This document shows, in pieces, positions 1 through 14,311 of a stretch of DNA of 64,000 nucleotides. The notes beneath the pieces are model-generated. The model saw nothing but the letters and a program-made list of their open reading frames with translations. It was not told the DNA's origin and did not search any database. Numbering within the stretch: the stretch's first letter is position 1; each line of letters starts with the position of its first letter. Source of the DNA: Balanoglossus misakiensis. Lineage: Eukaryota; Animalia; Hemichordata. The position numbers were made by a program, and so were the translations under genes. Where the stretch lies: assembly GCA_040954595.2 (NCBI GenBank), contig CM082590.2:4030001-4094000 (forward strand), read 5' to 3'.

Positions 1-312
1 AAGTGTCCCTGGCGGGAATAAAATCCGATTCAATACAACTCACCGTGAATTTGATCAAATTTTCTAAAAATCTAACTTTCAAACTCTGTTACTCCTCATT
101 TTTTACCTAAATTAAATTCAATGACATAATATCAAAACATGTTTTTTTTAACCCAAAAACGCAACCATTTCCGGGATCAATAATATATGCAACTCAAAGA
201 AAAGTTCAAAAACTCAGCTTCCAGAATATTTATGGTTTATGGGGATTTTAACGTTGTCTGTGATGAGAAATACGCCTCTGAAAAAGTCTCGATGGTTTTA
301 TGCAATGCCACC
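1..312 (-). mobile_element. Kolobok-like non-autonomous DNA transposon, truncated by window edge; inverted copy of 40375-41104
   Basis: Ends ...atgcaatgccacc|TTAA (313-316); 1-312 is the reverse complement of part of 40375-40781, with an internal deletion. Confidence 0.8.
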
Positions 313-955
313 TTAAACCAACAATTTGAATATTTATGTTTTATAACAGTACGAGCAGTGGAATGAAGTGGCCTATTCCCACTTCACAAGCTTAAGTACA
401 GGACATAGTCTCGCTTTGCAGACTCTTCTCGCTTTGCTAGTTCGCCACTGGCGGTGTGAGAACGCGAGGAGCGAAGCCAAAAGTGTCTGGGAAGAACACA
501 GGCGCATGAGGATTTACACGGCGATCGCCTATGACACTTTTCTGTGTCATAGGTGATCGCCGTGTTATAGGCAATATAATCTCAACCGAGTTGTTTCATG
601 AGTCACTGGACTGACCCATCAGGAGACTTAACTGGCCAGCTTTATTACTTTTTGCCTTTAAAATACATCAGCAGTTTTCAAGATTAGAAATTCCGGTACT
701 CATAGCTATCATCACTTGCTGATGTGGTCAGTGGGGGAAACATTGTAAATTATGTATTTTGAAGGTTTGCTGTAACTCGGATTACAGCAATTATTAATCA
801 GAAGTCAGAATCTTTCAGCAAAAAATCTCTGGAAAAGAAGTTTGCTGCCACGGTGGAAAGAAATTAAATGATCCACCCTTAACTATAAAATTTCGCACAA
901 TGGGGGAATTGAAGAGGCTTATCAATCTAGAATTTGTAAAGTGAGACATATTTGA

Positions 956-1255
956 AGCCCCATGAGTTGCCAAATTCCACATTCACAATAAAATACCTAA
1001 AATCTTCTCCCCATATACCCATTACAATTTGCACCATCAAGGCACACTACTTGCATACCACAATAGTTGTGTACTCTTTGTATGGAGGCAGATTAAACAG
1101 GCATGGCACCCATTTAATATTGCAACATCCAGCCACAATATGGCGTTGACAAGATGTTCATTTATACCTAACAGTTTAAGCTCATTTAGATGGACTAACC
1201 TAAGTTGGAAAGTAAAATCCAGAAAATAATGCAAAAAGTGGCAGCTCTTGAGGAT
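956..1255. mobile_element. Kolobok-like MITE (same family as 41848-42154)
   Basis: Imperfect TIRs agccccatgagttgcca / tggcagctcttgaggat, flanked by TTGA/TTAA; paralogous empty site gagacatatTTAAagaagggc near 6301. Confidence 0.8.
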
Positions 1256-2130
1256 TTAAAGAAGGGCAATTGACACATGACCCACAACACATGCACCGAT
1301 AAGAACAGCAGTATAAGAACCGCGTTGGCAAACATTTTTAGGCAAACATTTACCAGTTGTCATAAAACTGTCGGTCAATTTTATTGCTCTTATCAACAGA
1401 GAATGGCCTTCACCTGCATCTGATTACATGTTGGAGTCAGTGAGACTCCATGTGTACCAGTGTCCAGTGTGTAATTGTTATCAGCACTGCTCAACTCCAT
1501 TCATACTTTTTAAATTAAAACTAAAACTTTGACTATTGTTCCTATTAGCCAACATCGATTGAATTGTTGTTCATATCAGCGCGTTCACACTCACTCATGT
1601 ACTATGTAAAGAAGAGTAAATGACATCCCTGTCCACACAAGACCACTATAAAAGTCATAAGTTTGTCCTTCCATTCATGAGGTTTCTGTAACTATTGTTC
1701 TTGATATTCCGATGGTTTAGTTTGAAGTTTATTGACATGCTGTCTGTTGAGCTTTGTGTCTTAAAGATTAAATACTGTTTGTTCTATTGGCTTTACGCGT
1801 ATATACTTTGACGGAAACCACTCAACACACTTAATATATAGCACAGGGTGTTTGTTTAGTCGGCAGAAAAACACTCCACCACAATCAAGTAGCTACAAAC
1901 ATTTTTCAACCAGATCGCGATAAAGTCAGGAATTATCGTGAGCTACAACTGTTTGTCGCAACAATGGCCCCTTGAGAGCAACACTTTCTGAGTTGCCAAA
2001 CGAGGCCGTGATTTATTTCGCATGATTTTAATTATACTAGTTTAGTATCTAGCCATATTTTGTCCGCTTTGCTTTCAAACTTATGTCTAGAGTCATGCAT
2101 GCCCCTACATGCCACTGGCCCAATAAAACC

Positions 2131-2334
2131 TGGGAATTGTGATGTAACTAGCGTCCCTCTGAAGTCAATCCCAGACTATTTTTCGTAGGATTGGACAAAT
2201 GATATACATGTGTGTAATTAAGGATGGGTAAAATTTCAAATTAGCCCCACCATCACTATAATATAACACCCAATCACCAGTGTTCAGTTTATATGATTGA
2301 CTACAAGGGGGTGCTAGTTACATCACAACTCCTA
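2131..2334. mobile_element. MITE with ~35-bp TIRs
   Basis: tgggaattgtgatgtaactagc ... gctagttacatcacaactccta inverted termini. Confidence 0.65.
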
Positions 2335-5300
2335 CACTATTCGAGCGCTGGCGAAATGGAACCAATCAGAACGTGCGTCTCATAAATGTATCGACATGTA
2401 AATTTTAACCGGTACTTTGCCATGCCGATTGGTATTATTTTTTCTACCGCAGATCGCTGTCCTGCGTGAGTGTTGGGTGATTGGTGGTGATTGGCTGCTC
2501 TGTTTCGGCGATGGTGTAAATCACAGTCGAGGAGTGACCGTGTGTAAATGCATGTGCCCGTGTCCGCTTATTATCCGGAGACTTCAGTGGAATCGCTAAG
2601 GTCTGACTGTCAAAAGGACACCGCTCGAAAAAGTATGCAGTAAATCATGACATATTGGGTAGAATATTGTATTTCAAGGGGTATATTTTTTTTAGAAAAT
2701 TGGGCCAGGACAGGCATAAATTTTAGGCCCAGTCAGACGAAATTGTGTCAACAGCACATTGCATAGCTATGTCAGCCCAGCTGTCACATATATTGTGAAA
2801 GGCTGGCGCCATACCTGCGTCACTTTGAAGGAACTCATGTCGGGTCAGAGGTCATCATTTATTTATATTGCATGACTCCGGTCTGCCATGTTTATAGACG
2901 CATTATCAGAATGACTACAAAGTAACACAGGCATGTATTTCAACAGGTGTTTTATCTCAAGCTAGGACCTGCTGCTAATAAAAAGTTAGTTTACAACAAA
3001 TCAGCGAAAGGGTTAAATACGTGTAACCAGAAAAAATATAAATAAAATGTCGTGATGAGAGACCGGGACTTCTCTGTTTTTTGTCACACGTTGGATAACC
3101 GCGCGTGTATTGAAAAACAATTAACTTAAACATTAACTAGGTCATAAGACGGCTAAACGCCAACTTGAAGAAGGTTAATTTAAGTTAACATATAATATCC
3201 ATAAATCATAAGACCCACATTGACAAACAGTTTTAGACAGGTCAATCCTATTTTTGATTTCCATCCCTGTACTACTGTTGTCCTCCCTCTTGTCGCTAAC
3301 GAGTCAATCGGATTCAACGCCCTAACACGTGTAATGTAGATAAGCAATTGCTTGCAGTTATTATTGTCGTAGAGAATGGCCTTCATCAACACCTTCATCT
3401 GATTTTATTTGGAGTCAGTGAGATTGCATGTGTACCAGTGTTAATTCTGTCATCTTTATCAGCACCGTTCATTCGCATTAATCCTTTTCGACTAGAATTT
3501 ATTAAAACCAAAACCAGTGTTCATTAAATATTTCAGCCAATATTGATTTTATTGCTGTTATCAGCGGTCTCTCAGTGGTACAAAGTAAAGGAGTATGTGG
3601 GATATTTGTGACATGACCACTATAAAATGTATTCATAAATTTAACCTTTCAACTATTATGTTTGGGACTATATGTACATCAAGAATTGTTGTTGTGGATA
3701 TTCCGATCCGTGGAATCCGTTTTGAAATTAATTGTCATACAAACAATCTATTCAGCTTGTAATCAGATTAAATTTAATTTGGGCCTTAAAGATTAAATAC
3801 ATATATACTGTTTATTGATTTGGCTTTATGGCATACCGAAACCACTCAACACATTTTATAGCACATAATGTTTTAGTTGGTAGAGAAATACTCCGCCATT
3901 CAAGCACATAATCAAGCAGGATAGAAACACTTCTCAACCAGGTCGCGATAACGTCAGGATTATCATGAGCTAGAATTCATGCAGCTGTTTTGCATTCAAC
4001 ACATTGACGTAAACTACCCCCCCCCCCTTGTACAGTTTCTGCGTTGCCAGAAGAGACCATGTTTTATTTCTAATATTTAGAATTAATCAATCATTCTTCA
4101 GCCAGTTACAGAGTTGACGAAACGGAAACAATCAGAACGTACGTCTCACAAATGTGTTCACATATAAATTAAACCGTTACTTGTCCAGTTCTATTCTATT
4201 TCGACTGCAGATCGCTGTCTTACGTGAATGTTGCATGATTGTTTTGGGGTTTTGTGCTACTCCGTTTTCTTGGCAAGCTCAGTCGAGCAGTGATGACTGT
4301 GTTCTAACCAGTACAACGGTAAATCCCGACACGTTAAGTAGCTTCATGAGTGTGAGTACACATATGTTCCACAGTAGATTGCATCGAGGACACACTGTAC
4401 TGTCTATAGAATCGCGTGTCAGAATAGTCAAGTAGCTAGTATCTAGCTGTATTTTGTCCGCTTTGCTTCCAAAACTACGTACGTCTAACCACTTTGCAAA
4501 GTAAACACAAAGTGTCGCAATGCAATGTGAACTGCAATGTGAAGCAAATACGTCCACAAATTACAATGATCATTCATTGCAATACTGTTTTAGATGTTCA
4601 GGATATTAACTGAGAATTTACTTTTGCCAGCCAACATCATCTTTTTATAATGTCAATTAAATTCAAGACTCGTTGCATCATTTCAAAACATTAATTCCTA
4701 CATACAAACTAATAATTGGCAAATTAGCTAACTTTAGTCTTATTACACTTACCGCCGAGTTCTGAATGACACGCCGTCAAAGCCACTGGACGTCGACCTG
4801 CATACACGGTCAGAATACTCGCTGAATGACAGAGCAGACAACTTTAAAGGAACCGCATTGCTAACAGCGTCACTTTGAATGGTTTATTGCTGTCCACCAC
4901 TGCCTTGCACAAATGGAATTCAACTGAAACCACTCGACAACATTTATTGCAACTAGTGTTTACCTTTACACACACAAAATACCCCTGCTGTAAACTATCA
5001 GCACATAAAGTTTAAGTCTAAAGTTTTTTCTTGTCTATAAAATGCAAGTATGAATTTTTCCAGCTGTTTTGTAATGCAGAATTGTCCATTCTTTTGTGCA
5101 TATATGTGTTGGAATGTATTAGCGTAAGGGGGGGGGGCATCTCTTTACGATTAAATACTGTTTAATCTATTGGCTTTATGCGTATAGACTTTGGCGGAAA
5201 CCACTCAACACACTTAATATATAGCACAGAATGTTTGTTTAGTCGGCAGAAAAACACTCCACCACAATCAAGAAACATACAAACATTTTTCAACCCGATA

Positions 5301-8300
5301 ACGATAAAGTCAAGAATTATCGTGAGCTACAGGTCATACAGCTGTTTGGCAAAATATTGTCGCAACACTGGCCCCTTTCGAGCACTCGAGCACTACATCT
5401 TCTTTTTAAAATCTCGAATAAATTCAAGAATATATGTGGCATCATTTCCAACTTCCACAAACAAACTCATAATTGTAACATTAGCTGACTTTAGTCTTGA
5501 ACTGAATACACTCAACATAGAATTCTGAATGGCACGCCGTCATCGCCACTGGACGTCGACCTGCATACACGGTCAGAAAACTCGCTGAATGACAGACCAA
5601 ACAACTTTGATAACAACGCCGCTTTGCAAGGTTTATTGCTGTCCACACCTGCCTCCCATAAATGGAATTCAACTGAAACCACTCGATGTCATTTATTGCA
5701 ACCAGTGTTTACCTTTACGCACGGAAAAACACCCCAGCAAGCCTCGCACAGATCTCAGCCTCGGACCCCAGACAAATGTTTTCGACTCTCTAAGAAATGG
5801 ACTGCGACGTTTTTCCACGTGTTATACGTTTTGTTGACCGGTGGACAGAATACATGTACAGAGTTTGAGTCGTCCCGCTCAGCTGACTCGAAACCATTCT
5901 CGTAACTTCCGTAAGCCTAATATCAAGTCTGCTGGCTCGCTCGGGACCAGGCTCGCCAGCTGCAAGCACACATCCACGATCGTAGCGTCGACTTTTCAAA
6001 CTCTACGTTTCTCGTATTGATTTTACCCAGTGATATTCTCATGGAACCGTCATTTTTATTTCAAATATGTACAACCACGGGTACAAGCACTTGTTATTCC
6101 GTTTACCAGAAAGTTACAGCGACGGCCGAATCAGCGAATATAATTTCGGTTGATGACGTTGAACAGGGGTAAATTTGGATTTTTTATTCGACCTGTACTA
6201 CGGCACACAGGTGGCTATACGGGCCAGTTCATGTGATAAACTATAAAATTCAGCACCAAGAGGGAACTGAAGAGGCTTATCAATCAAGAATTTGTGAGGC
6301 GAGACATATTTAAAGAAGGGCAATTGACACATGACCCACAACACACGCACTGATAAGAACAACAATATCAGACCCACGTTGACAAACAGTTTTAGACAGG
6401 TCAGGCCAATTTTTGATTTCCATCCCTGTACCATGTTGTCCCCTCTCTGGGCGCACACCAAGTCAACCGGATACAACGCCCTCACATGTGCAACGAATGT
6501 AAATGTTTTTGTTAGGCAACTGCTTGCAGAATCTGGCCTACACCTTCATCTGAATACATTTGGAGTCAGTGAGACTCCATGTGTGCCAGTGTTAATTGTG
6601 TCATATTTATCACCACCGTTCATCCACATTAGTACTTTTGACTAAAATTGATTAAAACATAGACCAGCCACTATTCATTCTTATCAGCGCTCTCCTACTG
6701 GTACTAAGTAAATGAGTATGGAGGACATCCGTTCCATCACATTACCACTACAAAATTAATTCACAAATTTGACCTTCCAACTATAATGTTTTGGACTATA
6801 TACATCAAGTATTGTTTTTGTTGATATTCCAATCTGTTGATTTGTTTTTGAATTAATTATCATACAGCCTATTCAGCTTGTAATCAGAAGCAACTTACTC
6901 TAGGTCGTAAAGCTTAAAAACTGTTTGTCCTATTAGATTTATGGCATTCGAAACCACACAACACATTGTAGCTCAAAATGTTTTAGTTGGTAAAGAAATA
7001 CTCCACCATTCAAACACACAATCAAGCAGCATAAAGAAACACTTCTCAACCAGATCATGATAAAGTCAGGATTATCATGAGCTAGAATTCAAACGGCAAA
7101 TTGCCATGGATTTACAACAACAAACACAAAGTTGGGTTCGGCAGTTATAGTAATGATTTATTGAACAATAAACTGTCAACAGTAAAGAAGTACACCAAAT
7201 ATCATAGACAAGGAACCAGAAAAGGATTAGCAAGCTGAAGGAAACAGGCAGAGATAAAAACAAAAACGACATAGAAATGAGCAAGAGAAAGTGGGAACAA
7301 ACAAGATGGGGATCGATGAGGTGGGTAGGTGACAAAATGAAACAGCTCCCAAGATGGCGGGAAGCGGACGTGAGGCTTATCTTACTGAGATGTGATAGAG
7401 GGCACTAGACCAAGCTGATGATGTTGCGATATATTCTAGTATTCAGAATATGGAACAGAGTTGTAAATTACACAAAATTATTACACCAAAACATCGTCGT
7501 AAACCACGGCCCCTTTACGGCAACATTTTCTGCGATGCCAGAATAGGCGGTGGTTGTATTCGCAGTTTTATAATTATTAATCGGTCAGTTCCAGCACTGG
7601 CGAAACTGCGTCTCATTAATATATCCTCATGAAAATTAAACTGTCACTTTGCCTACAGCCGAGTATTTTGATTTATACTTCAGATCTCTGTCCTGTGTGT
7701 GTGTTTGGTGATTAATGGTGGTTCGCTGCTCTGTTTCGGCCTTGGTGTAAATCACAGTCGAGGATTGACCGTGTGTAAATCTTTTTGCTCGTGTCCGCTT
7801 ATTATCCGGAGACTTCAGTGGAGTCGCTCAGGTCTGACTGTCAAAAGGACACCGCTAGCACAAGTATGCAGTAAATCATGACAGGTTAAGTAGCTCCATG
7901 AGTAAACACAAGCACTACATTAGATTACATCTGAGACACATTGCACTGACTACATGATCATGTGTCTGCATGGCCACGCAATTGACAATTTACATACATG
8001 TACAAACGAATAACCTAGAAACGTTGAACACACATGAAACATTCGTAGTTCATGGAAAAGCTAAAACAACTTCATTTTGGCTAATTGTAATCAACAAAAT
8101 CACGAAATGGTGAAATAGTGAAATGATTAAATAAAGTAACCGAACAATGGAGAACTTCATAAACAAAGAGAGAAATAAAGCCGAGAAACAACCAAACGCA
8201 CGGTCGACAGGATGCACTGTATTTAACTCTTGCCATCGTCCCCTTGTACAGCGCCCCCATGTGGCTAAGGGAATTGAAAGAAATTACAGGGAGTGTGGAG

Positions 8301-8715
8301 TACAGGCTCCATGGATAATTAAAACACCCGCACAGTAAGCTCAATTTCTTGATGCAGGAGGAAAATAGAACAAAAGAGTAATCATTAATCCTATGATGAA
8401 AATCCGACATGTCTAGACATTCTCGTCAAACCAACCCATCCACTGTGACATAATAAACCGACTGAGCTTTGCATGTTCACACAATTGAGTGCAAAGAAAG
8501 CTAACAGAAGACCGGTAGATACTGTAAGTGTTGACTGAAAGCGTTGGACACAAGGACCAAACCTGACACCGAAATTCTCATACTGAATGTGATAACATAT
8601 ATCACCCTCATTCATGTGAATTGGAATATATACGAACAGAACAATATTAAAACACCCACATTTAGAAACATTTAGACATGTTGTACGCAGCAAACGTTGA
8701 ATGACGTCAAATGTG

Positions 8716-9270
8716 TGTTATGGAATTGCTATTACATGTGAATTATTACTTTGCATGGTGTTTTTCTTTGGCTTCATTAGCGTGATGGTGTTGCCATGGT
8801 GACCATTACTGGGCTGACTTGTCTGGCAAGCTAGAGATGGAGGGGTGTCCCCATCTCTCCCCTGGTGAGTCAATCACCAATCAGAAGTGCGTTCTGGGTC
8901 ACGTGATGAGCCTGGCTATCATGTATATTTGAAGGGGGGATTAGCGTGGATCTGTTGAAGGAGGAACCTGAAGTTTCAGCTCTGTGCAACTTTACCTGAT
9001 TAGTCCAGTTTTATCCCTATCGGTTAGCCAGGCCCGGGTCTAGCCAGCCCCGGGTCACCGATCGGAGATCTAAGACGTGTTTACCTTAGCAGCTCGGTGT
9101 GGGCCGATATCTTCATCAAGACGCCTGCTTTCCGCGTTCTGACGAGTTCTGACCGCTGTGTTTAGAGACAGCGCTGTTTGTGAGAGGCTCACTCCGGTCC
9201 GCCTGTGCCCTACCAGTTTTCCGTGGTATACCGTTCGGGTTTCCGTCACAATTGGTGGCATCTTCAGGAT
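8716..9270 (+). mobile_element. Orphan 5' LTR (8716-9250) with primer-binding site; truncated LTR retrotransposon
   Basis: TGTTATGG...CCGTCACA termini followed by aT-TGGTGGCA, resembling a degenerate Gypsy-type PBS; no second LTR or ORF seen. Confidence 0.55.
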
Positions 9271-9765
9271 TGTTAGGGCAACTTTGGTTCAGCTAAAGCC
9301 CTTTTCGAATATTCGCTAAGGTCTGGATCATCATCATCAATCATCAATCGAAGGGATTTATAGAGCGCCAAACTCCACTGCAATAGTGTTCAATGGCGCT
9401 TTACAATGTCAAAAATCCACGTTGTTTTCAACAGTAACGTTGATTCCCGGGTTCGAGAGAACAGACGCAAATTCTGCTGTCATTTCTGGGTCGAAGTAGA
9501 CATTTGATCGTTTCCCCAGGGACAGTTGGTCGAAATACTACGGATGAACGTGATATCGGTAGACAGTGAGATACAGTGGAACGATCAATTTGTGATATGG
9601 CACAACAACTTCAAACATTTATACAAACGTTTGGGGAAATGGAGTGACCGTGGTTGAAACAAGTTTAGTTTGTGTCCATAGTACGCCTAAGTGACGTACC
9701 AATGACTGGTGCGCCCTTAACAGTCGATTATTTTGTCGCAAGGTAAATTAACCAACGTTATGGTA

Positions 9766-9958
9766 CAGATTCTCACACTCCAAATCGATCCCACACTCTG
9801 TGTTAATGCGCACACAGACAACTGTTATCTGACACGAGCTCTGATTGGATAATGAAATTCATACCCCTCAGAACGAGCAAATATTCTCGTGTGGGACAAA
9901 AAATCCCCAACTCGTGTGAGAAATACGATCCCAGGTCCTTGGGAGTGTGAGATTCTAT
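9766..9958. mobile_element. Short inverted-repeat element (MITE or Crypton-like)
   Basis: agattctcacactcccaa ... ttgggagtgtgagattct inverted ends. Confidence 0.5.
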
Positions 9959-10538
9959 TTTTCCCTTTGACTGTTGAGGGCTGAATGAAGCTAGAAGAGA
10001 AAGCTTCTTTCTCCAAAAGAACTTGCAACTGGACACCAAAGTACAAATTATTATACAAAGAATTTAATGGATTGATTTTACGTTATTCACCTCAATATGA
10101 GTAAATAGAAAGTTCAAGTGCGAAGGAAGAACCACACATCCGAGAGGGCAGTAAGGAACATTCTACAAACATTACTCTGTAGTGAGAGGACAGTTAAATC
10201 GCAAACACCTTTACAGTGTATGTCCCCTGACGTTTTATTACTTAATATATTTTCAAACTAGTTGGAAAATGCCTCGCCCCTTCATCCAGAGAGCAGCGAT
10301 TCTTCTCTGTCCATGTTATGCCAGACAGCTGATACGTCACCCTATTAACAGAATCCGGCGCAACCCACCAGATAATGGTGCAATCCAAGCTGCCTCCGCC
10401 GTCCCTTCACTATAACCGACTACAGAATGACAATCAAAAATGCTTCACCGATAACACTTTTGAGTGTATTGGTCAAAGAGGTTCTACATAAATGTTTTAA
10501 GTGGCTCTTCTTCTAGATGGAATGGTTTTGTGTGAATA

Positions 10539-10635
10539 TAGTCTATGTTACCCAGACCCCCCTGCTTCTTCCGTTGGGCACTCCAAAGAGGAGAGCCCAA
10601 CGGAAGAAGCAGGGGGGTCTGGGTAACCGAGACTA
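10539..10635. mobile_element. 97-bp palindromic AcademH-like MITE
   Basis: TAG...CTA termini, near-perfect hairpin, exact 9-bp TSD gtgtgaata (10530-10538 and 10636-10644). Confidence 0.85.
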
Positions 10636-11893
10636 GTGTGAATATAGCATTGGCGCGCGAAGCGATCGAAACTTCCGCATTGAACGAGCCCTCCTACCCA
10701 GCGTTCCCGGATGTCATTGCCTGAGCATGCGTAGAAAATGTCGAGACAATCTGTCGCGCGACAGCGTACATGCCCGATTTGCTCGAGCGAACTAATTTTG
10801 GCTGTTTTTCGGAGTTTTTCCACGTATTTCCTTCTAAAGTAGAGAGTGTGGTTCCGTTCGACCTCAGACATTTGCCGAGTGTGTTCAAGATTGGTTTATA
10901 AACGAACCAGATGTATTATTCGTGATTGAATTAGGCCATTGCCTGCTGTCGCGCTGTACGCTGCTGCGCTAGCCGCCCTATATACTAACTACAGGGAAGT
11001 GTGTTACGATGTACTGTACACAGGCACTCAAGACGATCGCTTCACGATGGGGGGGGGGGGGCTGCAGTTTGCAATGGGGTGGGGGTGGGGGGTGGGGGAC
11101 TTCAGTACCCCTAAATATAAAAGAAGGTACGAAATGCCAGGCCAGGACAGGCCAGGATACTGACGAGAGCACAATGTTCAAGCGGCGATTTCGCTGAAAA
11201 TATTTCATTAAAACTTACCGAAATGCGGCGGGTAGAAGCTAACAAGTATATGTTTTGTGATCCGTAGCAAAAAAAAGCTCAATTTAAAGGCAAACTGCTC
11301 GAAATGTGGAGGTTTCGAGCGCGGTTCGAGCGACACTTTCAACAGTGGACATTGTCGATGTCAGTATGGCCGCGGTCACTGAGGTTAGAGGTCAACTAAT
11401 CGTGCCCTGGCTCCTGATTGGTCGAGAGCCTTAGTGACGTAAATTTTGAATACGTCATATGTTACAGGGGGTGCAGCCCTCATATTTGACTGAGAAGTCA
11501 TCCATTGTAAAGCCATTCGCTCCTCGCCATCCGCCAGGACGAGTATGAAAAATTAAGTAGTGATTTGCTACGTGAATTGAATAAGTAAGAAGCGGTTTCA
11601 TATCATTTTGGGGGGCCTGGCGGTGGAACCATTGTCAATTTTGAAGTGTTGGGTTACATCATTTTCTTATTTTTTCGACTTGCCCTTCGGACACAGGTCA
11701 ACAGCATGCCGGGAAAACCAGTAGAATTTTTCTGACAATAAAAACACGGGACATGCACACTGGGTACTTTCACGGACACCTTTAAAAGTTCTTAAGGACT
11801 ATTATTTTTCTGAAATGATGTCCCTGAAGCACGTACTGCCTTAAATCCAGCATTACTAGTATTTCATGTTTTTCAGAGTTATGCTTATCTTTA

Positions 11894-11918
11894 CATAGAC
11901 CTTTCTCTGGGGTCTATG
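11894..11918. mobile_element. 25-bp micro-element with CATAGACC TIRs and 7-bp TSD (P-superfamily-like termini)
   Basis: atcttta|catagacc-tttctctgg-ggtctatg|atcttta. Confidence 0.6.
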
Positions 11919-12403
11919 ATCTTTAAACCTCCATTAGCTTTAACTTTTGCTGGTTGTACATACAACTGTGGGTGGGTTTAAGTTTCTAATAAATCCGTTA
12001 CAATCTATTGCTCAAATAATACATCATTGAAAACATGCAACACAAACACAGAGAGAAATCTGCAGCTGCTTTCATATATTTATTGATCGTAATTAACATA
12101 TTCGAAAACACATTATGACCAGTGATGTCATTGCACCAATAAATGTACATGTACACCACATTTCAGTAATTATTATATATTATCTATTAGTCATGAAGAC
12201 ATAAACTACCATCACATTTCTAAATCGCAACATTTAATACAATTCTATAGTATGTCTGTAGAGTCCATTAATCGTCTGAGTTACGTTGTCATCCGTAGAT
12301 CCAAGTTAATGGTCAAAAAACAATCCGAATGTAATTTAATGTGTTGATGTAACTCTTCTCATTTCGAGAAGGAATAAATGAACAACAACAGGGGATGAAG
12401 CGC

Positions 12404-14311
12404 TCAAATTTGATTTATTTTCTGAACCTTTAAAGGTTTGGGTGTAGTGAAATTAAAAGGCTGTGCCGCCCTTATACCAGCATTGGCTTTCTTAGCCGAC
12501 GTACGGCTCGTTTGACTGAGCAAAACACTGTTCACCCCCTTGGTATATTGGAGGTACGTAGGGTTGGTGTTCGAGCCGTTATGATTCGTCCTCTGCTGGC
12601 AGAAAAAGTTCTCAACGACGTCACTGTTGAGTCGACTCGGGAGTGTAGTCAGCGACTTAGCCGCCCTCTTCTCACAAATCTCGACGACTGCGGTCAGGCA
12701 AAACACAATGTCTTCACGTGTCTCATGTGACATCAGTCTTCTGGCCCTCTTGCTTTTGGTTGTTGTCTCGTCTGCCAACTCGTCTTTCTCCCACGATTTG
12801 AACCAATCTCTTGCCACGAATAACTGCAACAGCCTCCCATCATCACACCCTTTTACTTCCCTGTCGTCATTGAAAAATGACACGATTTGACTGGTGTGGC
12901 GTAAGAATTCGATTGTGCCATTCAGTCGTGCCTGGCTATATCTGGATCGGGAAGACTTTGCTGGAAGCAAACCATTAGGTGGAGCATTTCACTGTCGAGG
13001 ACCTGCTCAGCGAGATGGTTTCGCATTTTTGCGGTCATTCCCGGGAAAATGTGTTCGGTTGTTAACCTGTGGTTGATTCTACACATTTCCGGGTTAACTT
13101 CTGTGTCCCACTTGTAGGCATCGCGCCAGTGTTGCCATTCAATATAAACACCATTCCATCGCAAATGCCTGGGATAGGTATCGCCTTCACCACTCTTCAG
13201 TACACTGTTCCTTAGTCTCTTAATTACATGTTTTGGATCCATACACATTATAACGGTGTCAGAAGGACTGCAGAGGCGGTTCGGGGCGTGCATCTTTTCA
13301 TCAAGTGGGTTGCCGTTGAAATTCATTTTCAGGAAAGAACGATTTGCTGCGGCACCATCGAACATTGCAAAATCAACAGTAAAGCCCCAGTCTGTTAATT
13401 TATCAACAGCTTCCCAAAATAGAACGTAAAGATGATAGGCCTGAACTTGGCGAGTTGGAAAGTGCGCAAATGGGAAGGTGAAACCGGTAAAGCCCGGAAA
13501 TTGAAATTGTAGAGTATGATTCGCAAGTACTCCTTTCTTGTATCCAGCCTTCATCACATCCATACTGTTACATTCGTCTCCGAGGTCTACATCACCAACT
13601 AGTTTACTAATGCCACCTCTGGTGTCAATCTGTAGATCCTCCTGGATGGCCATCTCATCTAGTATGATACCACCCGAGCCTCCAGATGGGAGGATGCTTT
13701 TCTCTGCAGCCGTGTCTTTCATCCACTGAAATATGTCGTCATGAAACCCAGATTTTTGATCGATTATGTTCTTGTACATCTGCAGACGTCTAGGGGAGGG
13801 GAGTAGAAGATGGCCGCTTTTCCTTATGTCTTCATAGCCCTGTGGCGTTCTAAGCCACAAGTGTAGGCCGAATTTTATTACATCTCTATCCCATCTTCTG
13901 CTGGTTGGTTTCACTGTGCTATTTTTAACCATCGACGAAATCAGGCTGACTGCATTTTCTGGCAGGGTTTGCAGCACTTCACACAAACTATCACTTTTCG
14001 TTTCAGTGCTAGTCATCTTGCCAGTATCCTGCAATATGTAGAAAGATTAGGTGTTAAATTATGTTGATGTACATACTATATTAGCACATATAAAACATCG
14101 TGATTTCTCTATGGTAGTGATTTTTCTCGGCGTTTACATATTATGTTCCATCGCCATTTGTCTTTTGTAAATTTACAAATATCATTATGGTTGTAGCGTT
14201 GCCCTCCCCCCCCCCCCCCAAATGCAATAAATAAAATAAAATACGAACATACAACTTTTACTAGTATTATCTCACGGGTTTGTACGGCCGGAATTTATGG
14301 TGAAGACCCAT
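12404..14311 (-). pseudogene. P-element-superfamily (THAP9/Tnp_P-like) DDE transposase lacking a THAP domain; one frameshift near 12935
   Basis: ORFs 12922-14034 and 12404-12970 carry ILDEM (D1), FDGAAAN (D2), DPKH (DxxH), KMRNHLA and LNSDVVENFF (E). Predicted first exon 14311-14276 (MGLHHKFRPYKP, GTGAG donor) splices in frame to a TTGCAG acceptor; exon 2 starts at 14028. Confidence 0.85.

Larger units (their letters stand above)
880..7960. repeat. Old diverged segmental repeats (about 3 copies of a 1.5-1.9 kb unit plus partial copies)
   Basis: Shared blocks, e.g. ggagtcagtgaga near 1433, 3411, 6562; tcagga(a)ttatc(g/a)tgagcta near 1927, 3953, 5311, 7067; block 2450-2650 matches 7681-7882; 4760-4975 matches 5523-5720. 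Confidence 0.8.
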
